Below are positions 41,692 through 49,634 of a stretch of DNA of 49,634 bases, piece by piece. The notes under the pieces were generated by a model. That model was given only the letters and a program-made list of their open reading frames with translations, searched no databases and had not been told where the DNA came from. The stretch is taken from assembly GCA_902611135.1 (NCBI GenBank), contig CACLYL010000004.1:1-49634 (forward strand), read 5' to 3'. Both the position numbers and the translations under genes were made by a program. The DNA comes from an uncultured Fidelibacterota bacterium. GTDB taxonomy: Bacteria > Fidelibacterota > Marinisomatia > Marinisomatales > UBA1611. Position 1 is the stretch's first letter. Each line of letters opens with the position of its first letter.

Positions 41692-42258
41692 TTATTTAGT
41701 ATCTAATTCCTTATCCACTGCGGTTGGGACTTCCTTCTTTGGTTTGGAACCCCAGTAATTTACATTAGAATTCAATAAAAAATAAACATTATCATTGGTT
41801 CTGTAAACATCACTAGAATTATTTGCTCTTACATAGTTATGTTGATAATCTTGTCCTGAATTTCCAAATACATAGTGAACTAACTCTTTTTCTGAGTCAT
41901 CAAATAATTTTAAATGCTTGCCTAAAGAGTCATCTACGCCAAATTTTTCCCATTTAGACTCTTTATTTGTCACTTGAATCTCTTTTTCAACGACAATCAC
42001 TTTATCAAAAAACCTATCAAGCTGGTTTTCTTTGACTACAAGACTATCAGCCTGAACAATCGACCATGTAGAATCATTTTTGATTAATTCTAGTACTTTA
42101 TCTTTTTCTGAGATTTGAATTTTTGATATTAGATCAATATTCCCATCAAAAATTTTACCTGGTTTTATGCTATGTTCGCTTTGCAACCTTTGATTAATAA
42201 AAAATAAAATCAATATAACCAGTAATGCACCAAGTCCTATTTTTATGTTATTAGTCAT
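41692..42258 (-). CDS. DUF4340 domain protein
   Basis: N-terminal TM, WEKFGVD and FGN...NYVR...VYRT motifs; overlaps the gldG-like stop, the usual position for this family. Confidence 0.8.
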   Translation of the reverse strand: MTNNIKIGLGALLVILILFFINQRLQSEHSIKPGKIFDGNIDLISKIQISEKDKVLELIKNDSTWSIVQADSLVVKENQLDRFFDKVIVVEKEIQVTNKESKWEKFGVDDSLGKHLKLFDDSEKELVHYVFGNSGQDYQHNYVRANNSSDVYRTNDNVYFLLNSNVNYWGSKPKKEVPTAVDKELDTK

Positions 42259-43753
42259 ATATTTGCCTCAATATTTCTGCGTTTTGTTTTTGACCTCTCA
42301 ATCTCAGGAAGCCAAAGCCTACTATTAAAATAGATGGAAGCAACATATTTGCAAATTTCCAATTCCTTTTAGTCGAGTCATCCATCTCTTCAAGCGGCCT
42401 ACTTGTAATTTCTCTTGATCTCAAAGCAATTAATTCTTTGTCTCCGGCTAAATAATCAACAGCATTCATCACAAAAACTAAATTATCTTGAATAGACATT
42501 CCACCATCATCAGCAAAGAACTTTGAATCACTTACCAGTATAATTTCAGCACCAGTTGATAATTTAGATAGCGCTGATAATATTTTACCTTTTTGGCCTA
42601 ATATATTCAAAAAAGGATTTTGCTGAGGATCAGGACTTAGCATAAAATTACCTTCCATGATACCGCTATTATTGGATGAAGAAAAAAGAGATAAATTGTT
42701 TATTACCAAATCGTTTGATGTAGTATCAAGTTCAATTTCACTTGGAAAAAAGGTTAAAACTTGTTCTAAATCAGATACGAGAATCTCATCATTATTAAAG
42801 TTTTGAACAACCGGAAAGAAAGGATATTCCATTGGCCTATTCATAAGAAAAATTCCTCTTCTTTCCTGAACTTGTACACTACCACACTTTTTATCTAAAA
42901 CTAAATTTTTCTTAACAGTTAAACCATAATTCTGCAGTAGGGTAAAAATATCAGAATCGATTGGATTTGCTTGTTGTGTTTGTATATCTGTTGTAAGTCC
43001 ACTCTGCGTTATGAAAACTTTCTTCCCAAGATTTATGAAGGTTTCTAAATTAGTTTTAACTTCAGGTTCAAGTGAATCAGAAGCTGCGGTTAAAAGTAAT
43101 ACATCAATTTCAGGGGATATAGCGTTTTTTAAATCTAAAGTGGTAAATGAATAATGCTGATTTAACTGAGCCGACAGATTTTCGGTTTTTATTGGATTCT
43201 CTTTATCTAATTGGGCAATCCCTATAGTTTTTTTATCAATATCTATTAAGGACTTTATTTTAGTACTGATCATATATTCTAGCCCAGCAGTAGTTTGAAT
43301 AACTGGAATTACTTCCTTTTTATTTTCATAAAGTAAAACCATCCCTAGATAAACCTTTTTAATTTCAACTTTGTCATTTTCAATAACCTGCATTTGAACT
43401 GGTTGTATACCATCTTTTCTAGCCTGTTCCTCTAAATCTGTATCAGATTCAGGATTATGAAAGAAAAACCTAACTTCATCGGACCATGCGCCATATTCCT
43501 CAAGGATATCTTGTAAAAATCGTCTAGTGTTTCCTAATTCATTTGGAAGATTATCAGAGAAGTATACTTTCATCGTCAGAAGGTCATCTAAACTTTCAAC
43601 AATCTTTCTACTAGATGAAGATAATGAATACATACTATTGTCTGTTAAATCAAACCTTTTAAAAATATCTCTAGCAATTAGATTGAGGAGAACTAGACCA
43701 ACGACTAGTCCAACAGCGTAGAGGATAAATGAATTTTTATTTTTTGTTAGCAT
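42251..43753 (-). CDS. gldG: GldG-family ABC transporter auxiliary/substrate-binding protein
   Basis: RFDLTDNSMYSLS, VYFS..LP, LEYMIS, NLVFVMNAVDYL and LIALRSR motifs; ATG43753 with GGAG upstream. Confidence 0.88.
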   Translation of the reverse strand: MLTKNKNSFILYAVGLVVGLVLLNLIARDIFKRFDLTDNSMYSLSSSSRKIVESLDDLLTMKVYFSDNLPNELGNTRRFLQDILEEYGAWSDEVRFFFHNPESDTDLEEQARKDGIQPVQMQVIENDKVEIKKVYLGMVLLYENKKEVIPVIQTTAGLEYMISTKIKSLIDIDKKTIGIAQLDKENPIKTENLSAQLNQHYSFTTLDLKNAISPEIDVLLLTAASDSLEPEVKTNLETFINLGKKVFITQSGLTTDIQTQQANPIDSDIFTLLQNYGLTVKKNLVLDKKCGSVQVQERRGIFLMNRPMEYPFFPVVQNFNNDEILVSDLEQVLTFFPSEIELDTTSNDLVINNLSLFSSSNNSGIMEGNFMLSPDPQQNPFLNILGQKGKILSALSKLSTGAEIILVSDSKFFADDGGMSIQDNLVFVMNAVDYLAGDKELIALRSREITSRPLEEMDDSTKRNWKFANMLLPSILIVGFGFLRLRGQKQNAEILRQIYD

Positions 43754-43754
43754 A

Positions 43755-44468
43755 TCAACTCCATTTCCTAGATTCAAGAACACGAGTGGTCATAAATAGA
43801 AAAAATCCAATTATTGATCCAAAATAAATCAGATTCCGAGTATCAATTACACCTCTAGATATATTGCTGAGGTGAAACTCGGTACTCATGTACTGGACAA
43901 TACCTGCTAAAGATGCAGGAACAAAGTACAGTAACTTATCCATTAAAAAGAAAACAAGCACTATAGCTATTCCAACGATGAATGCAATCACCTGATTTTC
44001 TGTTAAACTGCTGGCAAAAACACCAATAGATGTGTAGACTCCAGCAACTAAAGCTAATCCCAAGTAACCTGTGAACACGGCACCATGATCAATTGTAGTT
44101 CCGAACTTTATGAGGGTAAAATAATGAATCACTGTTGAGAAAAGGGATATAATTATCAGAGTTAAACCCGCTAAATATTTTCCCAATACGATGTCTCTTT
44201 CTTTTATGGGGAGAGTACTGATAATTTCAATTGTACCGATTCCTTTTTCCCTTGATATTAGACCCATGGAGACTGCAGGTATGAAAAAAAGGTACACCAT
44301 AGGAACAATTCCAAACAAAGCTCGCATGTCTGATTGGTTATATAAAAAGAAGGTATTTGTGAAGAAATAGCCATTCACTAATGCAAAAATAACTAAAAAT
44401 ATATATGCCATTGGACTTGAAAAAAAAGAGCTCAATTCTTTCTTATAAATTGCGCGAATATTATGCAT
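43755..44468 (-). CDS. gldF: GldF-like ABC-2 permease
   Basis: KKELSSFFSSPMAY, EKGIGTIE, VLGKY, SSLTENQVIA and RGVIDTR motifs. Confidence 0.9.
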   Translation of the reverse strand: MHNIRAIYKKELSSFFSSPMAYIFLVIFALVNGYFFTNTFFLYNQSDMRALFGIVPMVYLFFIPAVSMGLISREKGIGTIEIISTLPIKERDIVLGKYLAGLTLIIISLFSTVIHYFTLIKFGTTIDHGAVFTGYLGLALVAGVYTSIGVFASSLTENQVIAFIVGIAIVLVFFLMDKLLYFVPASLAGIVQYMSTEFHLSNISRGVIDTRNLIYFGSIIGFFLFMTTRVLESRKWS

Positions 44469-45408
44469 CTTCAGGTCCTCCTTGTTTAGTTAAATTTCGA
44501 AAAATATCTTCTAAATTTCGTTTAGTACTGTTCATTTTTATTATTATCCACTTTTTTTCAACTGCATAATTGAATACGTCCTTTCTGGGATCTGATGTGT
44601 TCGCATATTCCAAAGAAACTTGGTGCCTTTTTTCATTTTCAGTTTGTGACTTTATTTTGATACTTGGAATATTTGCCTTCATATTCTTAATGTCATCTTT
44701 TTTAGCATTAAGTAATTCAAGTTCGAGTTGATTTAATCCTTTAGAATCTTTTATCAATTCATCACTCGTACCATCAGCAACAATCTCTCCATTATGAATG
44801 ATTACTATCCGATCGACAGTTGCCTGAATTTCTTGCAATATATGTGAGGACATCAAAACTAATTTTTCTTTCCCAAGTCTTTTGATTAGTTGCCGAATTT
44901 CAACAATTTGATTTGGATCTAACCCAGTTACAGGTTCATCAAGTATTAAAATTTTAGGATCATGAATCATTGAAGCTGCAAGCCCAATTCTTTGCTTATA
45001 ACCTTTAGAACAATTGCTTACAGTTTTATGCACAACTCCCTGTAAACCACATTGAGAAACAACCTTTTCAAGAGATTTATTAAATTTATGCCCTTGTATT
45101 CCTCTTACATCTGCATGAAATTTTAGATAATCAAAAACTTTCATTTCTCCATAAAGTGGATTCAATTCAGGTAAATAGCCAATCATTTTTTGAATTTCGA
45201 TACTGTGGTCGATTATATTTTTATTATCAACAAAAACATTCCCACTAGTAGGTGTAAGATATCCTGTGATCATTTTTAGTGTAGTACTTTTCCCAGCACC
45301 ATTAGCACCTAGAAAGCCTACAATCTGAGAATCTTCTAATTCAAATGATATAGACTTAACAGCCTTTACATCCCCATAATGTTTGGTTAAATTTTCAATT
45401 TTAATCAA
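44461..45408 (-). CDS. gldA: GldA-like ABC transporter ATP-binding protein
   Basis: Walker A GANGAGKST, CSKGYKQR signature, ILDEP Walker B, SSHIL; TTG start with GGAG SD. Confidence 0.92.
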   Translation of the reverse strand: MIKIENLTKHYGDVKAVKSISFELEDSQIVGFLGANGAGKSTTLKMITGYLTPTSGNVFVDNKNIIDHSIEIQKMIGYLPELNPLYGEMKVFDYLKFHADVRGIQGHKFNKSLEKVVSQCGLQGVVHKTVSNCSKGYKQRIGLAASMIHDPKILILDEPVTGLDPNQIVEIRQLIKRLGKEKLVLMSSHILQEIQATVDRIVIIHNGEIVADGTSDELIKDSKGLNQLELELLNAKKDDIKNMKANIPSIKIKSQTENEKRHQVSLEYANTSDPRKDVFNYAVEKKWIIIKMNSTKRNLEDIFRNLTKQGGPEDA

Positions 45409-45563
45409 TTTTTATCTCCATTATTAGTACTATACAAGACAATTATATAGATGCGTTTACAAAAAGTTCCATATTCAATCAGAAATATTAAAAAAAAAAT
45501 ATTAAAATCAATAGAGTTTAAATCATTCTTAATGGTTCAGAGATTGATTTATGTATTTACCAC

Positions 45564-45593
45564 TTGACTTAATAGGATAACATGAAATACATT
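45564..45593 (+). promoter_or_regulatory. Putative sigma70-type promoter for the small cationic protein gene
   Basis: TTGACT-N18-TACATT in the divergent intergenic region, followed by palindrome TGACTAGTCA (45599-45608). Confidence 0.4.
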
Positions 45594-45656
45594 TACCGTG
45601 ACTAGTCAAAGTATTTTGGCAAGTAATGGTATACCAAAACAAAAAAGGAGAGTATA

Positions 45657-45899
45657 ATGACTCGCTTATTAAAAGTAATCGCTTCTACTCTAGTAATGGT
45701 TTCAATGGTTTTCGCAGTTCCAACCGAGACTGTAGAAAATAAATGTTCAGCTGAATATTCCGTTCAACAGGATGGATCTGAAACTATAGTTGCTAGCGCA
45801 GACGTCAAAAAGAAAAAGAAAAAGGGTAAAAAGATCGGAGGATCAAAGGGCAAAAAATCCAAAAAAGGCTTTTTTTCCAAGATCTTTGGTTCTAAGTAA
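45657..45899 (+). CDS. Small secreted Lys-rich protein with C-terminal amphipathic helix
   Basis: AGGAG SD, Sec signal (VFA cleavage), acidic middle region, K-rich tail ending KGFFSKIFGSK, own terminator. Confidence 0.85.
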   Translation: MTRLLKVIASTLVMVSMVFAVPTETVENKCSAEYSVQQDGSETIVASADVKKKKKKGKKIGGSKGKKSKKGFFSKIFGSK

Positions 45900-45922
45900 C
45901 TAAACTTTTCTGAAAAAGTAAT

Positions 45923-45952
45923 AAAAAAGGGTGCGGAAACGTACCCTTTTTT
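45923..45952 (+). terminator. Rho-independent terminator
   Basis: aaaaaagggtgcg-gaaa-cgtaccctttttt: GNRA loop, one G-U pair, U6 tract. Confidence 0.9.
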
Positions 45953-46002
45953 ATTTTAAATATTACTGTTATTTTATGGTAATTAATTCGAGGTTAGTTA
46001 TA

Positions 46003-47106
46003 ATGTTTATTTCAAAGTACTTTGTAATAGCAGTTATTGTATTAGGTAATATTTTTGGTCAAAATGCGGACACAACAAAATCAAGTAATGGAAATCGAGA
46101 AATGTATACTAGTATTGATTTCAGTTACTCGAAAGATGAAGGAAATACAAACTATAGATCCGTTTATTATGGTTTTGACTTTTCGATTTTAGGGGATGTT
46201 GGCCCTTTAAAAGATACTGAATTTTCTATAAACTTTTACAAAACGGATGATGTGTTTGATGGAGAATTATTTGCCAATGACCAATATTTAACCTCTAAAT
46301 TTGACCTATGGGCAAATCAGAGATTGTCACCATTTTTATTTTTTCAAGCTTCGTATGATAGCTTAATTGGTTTAAATCAAAGAATAAACTTTGGTTTAGG
46401 AGCAAAAGCTGAAATTTTTGGTCCTCTTTCATTAAGTTATGCGCTCTTGTGGGAATCTGAAAATTACAAAGAGTTTGATGTTACATTATATGACTCATTG
46501 AATTATGAATGGTATGATTATACTGATTCAGTCTTTGTTGGTTTATACGATTACGACTCTACATTAATTGACCCAAATGATTTTGACGGTGACTATTATT
46601 ATTACTATTATTACGGTAACTGGGATGTTTTATGGCCATCAATAAATGCAGACGGGGATAGCATACTTCAATTTTTTAGGTATGATTCGACCTTAGCAGA
46701 TGGATACTTTTATTACACAGATTCTGTCAGAAATGAAAGTGAGGATTTTTACTACTATTCTGATTCGACAACTGAATCTACTGGGGGAGAAGAACAATTT
46801 TATAGGCATTCAATAAGGCCAAAATTTAAAGTTAAGCTGTTTGATGAGAGTTTAGTATTTGACTATCGCTTATTTTACAAGCCTAGAGTAGACGATTGGG
46901 AGGATTATTTGCTAGAACATTCACTACAAATATCAATCGCCACTTTCTATGACGCGTTAACTTTAAATTTTAATTATTCAGATAAATATAATGCTCGCTA
47001 TGATTTAGAAGCAAACGATGGAATACGAATTATTAATCCTGAAACAGGTGTTTTATTCAAGGAAAGAGATTCAAGTATCAATATTGGGTTTTCATTTATG
47101 TTCTAA
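46003..47106 (+). CDS. DUF481-like outer-membrane beta-barrel with a large Tyr/Asp-rich inserted loop
   Basis: Signal peptide from ATG46003 (GAGG upstream; GTG45931 lies in the terminator); EGNTN, YDSLIGLNQRINFGLG, RHSIRPK motifs and C-terminal Phe. Confidence 0.72.
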   Translation: MFISKYFVIAVIVLGNIFGQNADTTKSSNGNREMYTSIDFSYSKDEGNTNYRSVYYGFDFSILGDVGPLKDTEFSINFYKTDDVFDGELFANDQYLTSKFDLWANQRLSPFLFFQASYDSLIGLNQRINFGLGAKAEIFGPLSLSYALLWESENYKEFDVTLYDSLNYEWYDYTDSVFVGLYDYDSTLIDPNDFDGDYYYYYYYGNWDVLWPSINADGDSILQFFRYDSTLADGYFYYTDSVRNESEDFYYYSDSTTESTGGEEQFYRHSIRPKFKVKLFDESLVFDYRLFYKPRVDDWEDYLLEHSLQISIATFYDALTLNFNYSDKYNARYDLEANDGIRIINPETGVLFKERDSSINIGFSFMF

Positions 47107-47166
47107 CTTTTTTAAATCTACTCTTTAATTATTAGGGACATGAAAGTAATTTCATGTCCCTTTTAT

Positions 47167-49566
47167 ATGAAATATAATCACCTAAAAATAGAACAAAAAT
47201 GGCAACTTATTTGGGAGCAGCAAAATAGTTTCTCAAGTGAGATTGATCCTTCTAAAAAGAAGGTATACGTTTTGGACATGTTTCCATATCCATCTGGAAG
47301 CGGTCTTCATGTTGGACATCCCCTTGGTTATACTGCCACAGATATATATAGCAGATTTAAAAGACTGAAAGGGTACAATGTTTTGCATCCAATGGGATGG
47401 GATGCATTTGGATTGCCTGCAGAACAGTATGCCATTAAAACAGGCACGCATCCAAAAAAGACCACTAGAAAAAACATCGAAAATTTTAAAAGACAAATTA
47501 AAAGCTTAGGTTTCTCCTATGACTGGAAAAGGGAGATAAATACAACCGATGAGAAGTATTACAAGTGGACCCAGTGGATATTTTTACAACTTTATTACAA
47601 GGGACTTGCTTATGAAGCAGAAGTTCCCGTTAATTGGTGTCCCGAGCTAAAAGCAGTATTAGCAAACGAAGAGGTAATAGATGGAAAATCAGATATAGGA
47701 GGCCATCCTGTTATTCGCAAACCCATGAGACAATGGATGTTTAAAATTACTGAATATGCTGAATCATTGCTCGAGGGTTTAAATGATTTAGATTGGCCAG
47801 AGAGCGTTAAAGATCTTCAAAGAAATTGGATTGGAAAATCAAAAGGGTGCAAGGTTGTATTCAAAATTGCATCAAATGAATATAATATTACAGTGTTTAC
47901 CACAAGACCTGATACACTTTTTGGTGCTACTTATTTGGTTCTTGCACCCGAACATCCATTAGTAAATCAATTAACAACAGTTGAAAACAAATCAGCGATT
48001 GATGAATATGTAATAGAATCACAAAAAAAGTCGGATTTTGATAGGGGAGAGGTAAATAAAAATAAAACAGGTGTATTTACTGGCTCATATGCAATAAACC
48101 CTGTCGATAATAACAAGATTCCAATATGGATAGCCGATTATGTTTTAATGAGTTATGGAACTGGCTCAATTATGGCTGTTCCAGCTCATGATGATAGGGA
48201 TTACGAATTTGCCAGCAGATTTAATCTTCCCATCAAAGAAGTAATAAGCGGAGGTAATATTAAATATGAAGCATTTACTTCAAAGGAGGCTACTATTATT
48301 AATTCATCAAATGATAGAGGTTTAAACTTGAATGAATTACCTGTTGAAAAGGGTATTATTATCATAACAAAGTGGTTAGAAGACACATCGAATGGGGAAG
48401 GCACGATTGAATATAAACTTAAGGATTGGTTATTCTCTAGACAAAGGTATTGGGGTGAACCTATTCCCATTATTCATGGCAAAGATAAAGTAATCCCATT
48501 GGACTTTTCTGAACTTCCACTAAAACTTCCTGAAGTTGATAAGTATGAACCTTCGACTTCGGGTGAATCTCCATTAGCAAATATTCCAGAGTGGTTAAAT
48601 ACCGAAAAAGGCAGAAGAGAGACCAATACGATGCCGCAATGGGCAGGATCTTGTTGGTATTATTTAAGATTTATTGACCCAGATAATGATGAAGTTCCAT
48701 GGGACAAAAATAAAGAAAAATATTGGATGCCAGTTGATTTATATGTAGGTGGTGTAGAACACGCTGTTCTTCACCTATTATATTCAAGATTTTGGCACCA
48801 TGTTTTATTTGATTTAGGATTAGTATCAACAAAAGAACCATTCAAAAAGTTATTTAATCAAGGAATGATCCAAGGAGAAGACGGACAAAAGATGAGTAAA
48901 TCAAGAGGGAATGTTATTAATCCTGATGAAGTTGTCAAAGAATTTGGTGCCGATAGTTTTCGTTTGTATGAAATGTTTATGGGACCCCTTGATAAATCAA
49001 AACCATGGAATACAAAGGGTTTACAAGGATGTCATAGGTTTTTAAACAAGGTATGGAATTTGTATAAAAGCAAGGATAAATCTATAAAACAGAATTGCGT
49101 TGATGATAAAACAAGAACCCTTTTTCATATAACTATTAAAAAGGTTACGGAAGATTTAAATAATTTGCGTTTTAACACTGCAGTTTCACAACTAATGATT
49201 TTTACGAATCACCTATCATCCTTAAAAGTACTGGATAAAGAAATTCTAGAGCGTTTTTTAATCATATTAAATCCATTTGCTCCACATATTACAGAAGAAT
49301 TGAATCAAAATTTTGATAATGAACCAATTACTACCATGAATTGGCCAGCTTTTAATGAAGAGTATATTGTTCAAGAAAAAGTCACTATTGCGGTACAATT
49401 TAATGGTAAAACTAGAGGGAAGCTTGAATTGGCACCTGGTTTTAGTCAAGAAAAGACTATGGAATATTTAAAAAAGTCTGCCTTTGGAAAAAAGTATTTA
49501 TCTGCTGGGGAAATTGTTAAGATAATACATATACCTAATAAAATTCTAAATATTGTAATTAAATAG
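47167..49566 (+). CDS. leuS: Leucine--tRNA ligase
   Basis: [37 protein letters not shown] and KMSKS motifs. ATG47167 (MKYN) is likely; the ORF extends to 47140. Confidence 0.98.
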   Translation: MKYNHLKIEQKWQLIWEQQNSFSSEIDPSKKKVYVLDMFPYPSGSGLHVGHPLGYTATDIYSRFKRLKGYNVLHPMGWDAFGLPAEQYAIKTGTHPKKTTRKNIENFKRQIKSLGFSYDWKREINTTDEKYYKWTQWIFLQLYYKGLAYEAEVPVNWCPELKAVLANEEVIDGKSDIGGHPVIRKPMRQWMFKITEYAESLLEGLNDLDWPESVKDLQRNWIGKSKGCKVVFKIASNEYNITVFTTRPDTLFGATYLVLAPEHPLVNQLTTVENKSAIDEYVIESQKKSDFDRGEVNKNKTGVFTGSYAINPVDNNKIPIWIADYVLMSYGTGSIMAVPAHDDRDYEFASRFNLPIKEVISGGNIKYEAFTSKEATIINSSNDRGLNLNELPVEKGIIIITKWLEDTSNGEGTIEYKLKDWLFSRQRYWGEPIPIIHGKDKVIPLDFSELPLKLPEVDKYEPSTSGESPLANIPEWLNTEKGRRETNTMPQWAGSCWYYLRFIDPDNDEVPWDKNKEKYWMPVDLYVGGVEHAVLHLLYSRFWHHVLFDLGLVSTKEPFKKLFNQGMIQGEDGQKMSKSRGNVINPDEVVKEFGADSFRLYEMFMGPLDKSKPWNTKGLQGCHRFLNKVWNLYKSKDKSIKQNCVDDKTRTLFHITIKKVTEDLNNLRFNTAVSQLMIFTNHLSSLKVLDKEILERFLIILNPFAPHITEELNQNFDNEPITTMNWPAFNEEYIVQEKVTIAVQFNGKTRGKLELAPGFSQEKTMEYLKKSAFGKKYLSAGEIVKIIHIPNKILNIVIK

Positions 49567-49606
49567 TTTTAAATAAAAGATAAAGTAAGAAGTGTAGGAG
49601 CATATT

Positions 49607-49634
49607 ATGAAAAACCCATTACTAAGTTTCTCGA
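49607..49634 (+). CDS. Start of the next gene (partial, MKNPLLSFS...)
   Basis: AGGAG at 49596-49600, 6 nt before the ATG; open to the window end. Confidence 0.5.

Noticed and set aside
41692-45408. gldAFG as evidence of gliding motility
   Set aside because: This ABC/DUF4340 module is widespread in non-gliding bacteria, and no gldKLMN or sprB is in the window.

Overview
AT-rich, densely coding bacterial chromosomal window using the standard genetic code. Gene content and style suggest an FCB-superphylum marine bacterium, most likely Marinimicrobia/SAR406; this is inferred from YPNPFN C-terminal sorting domains, dockerin and cohesin-like modules, a GldA/F/G ABC set and an insertion-bearing GroES. 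I found no rRNA, tRNA, CRISPR array, transposase or integrase. The left part (about 1-27.8 kb) is accessory-like: two 5'-truncated genes fused head-to-head near 860, a three-gene FlgT-C/DUF6175/LPP20-like envelope cluster, a hydrolase, an Asp-box protein, DUF218, MORN proteins, a hidden 1.4-kb pseudogene missed by the ORF track, MOSC, GNAT, dinB, a secreted LamG-dockerin and PNGase F-like pair, GH2 beta-galactosidase, a JmjC cupin, HMA, TerB and BolA. The right part is a ~13.4-kb plus-strand run: TPR lipoprotein, pyrD, trmL, rlpA, DAG kinase-like, cdsA, then a seven-gene GlmL-like ATPase/DUF6754 membrane cluster with no B12 mutase, a lipoprotein and a sirtuin. It is followed by an orphan groES-like gene, a candidate sRNA with two anti-Shine-Dalgarno motifs, gldAFG-DUF4340, a small secreted cationic peptide, a DUF481-like barrel with a Tyr/Asp loop, and leuS. 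The best candidates for undescribed biology are the GlmL/DUF6754 cluster (33323-40000) and the anti-SD sRNA (about 41593-41688, minus strand). Family assignments come from motif recognition by eye; no searches were run.
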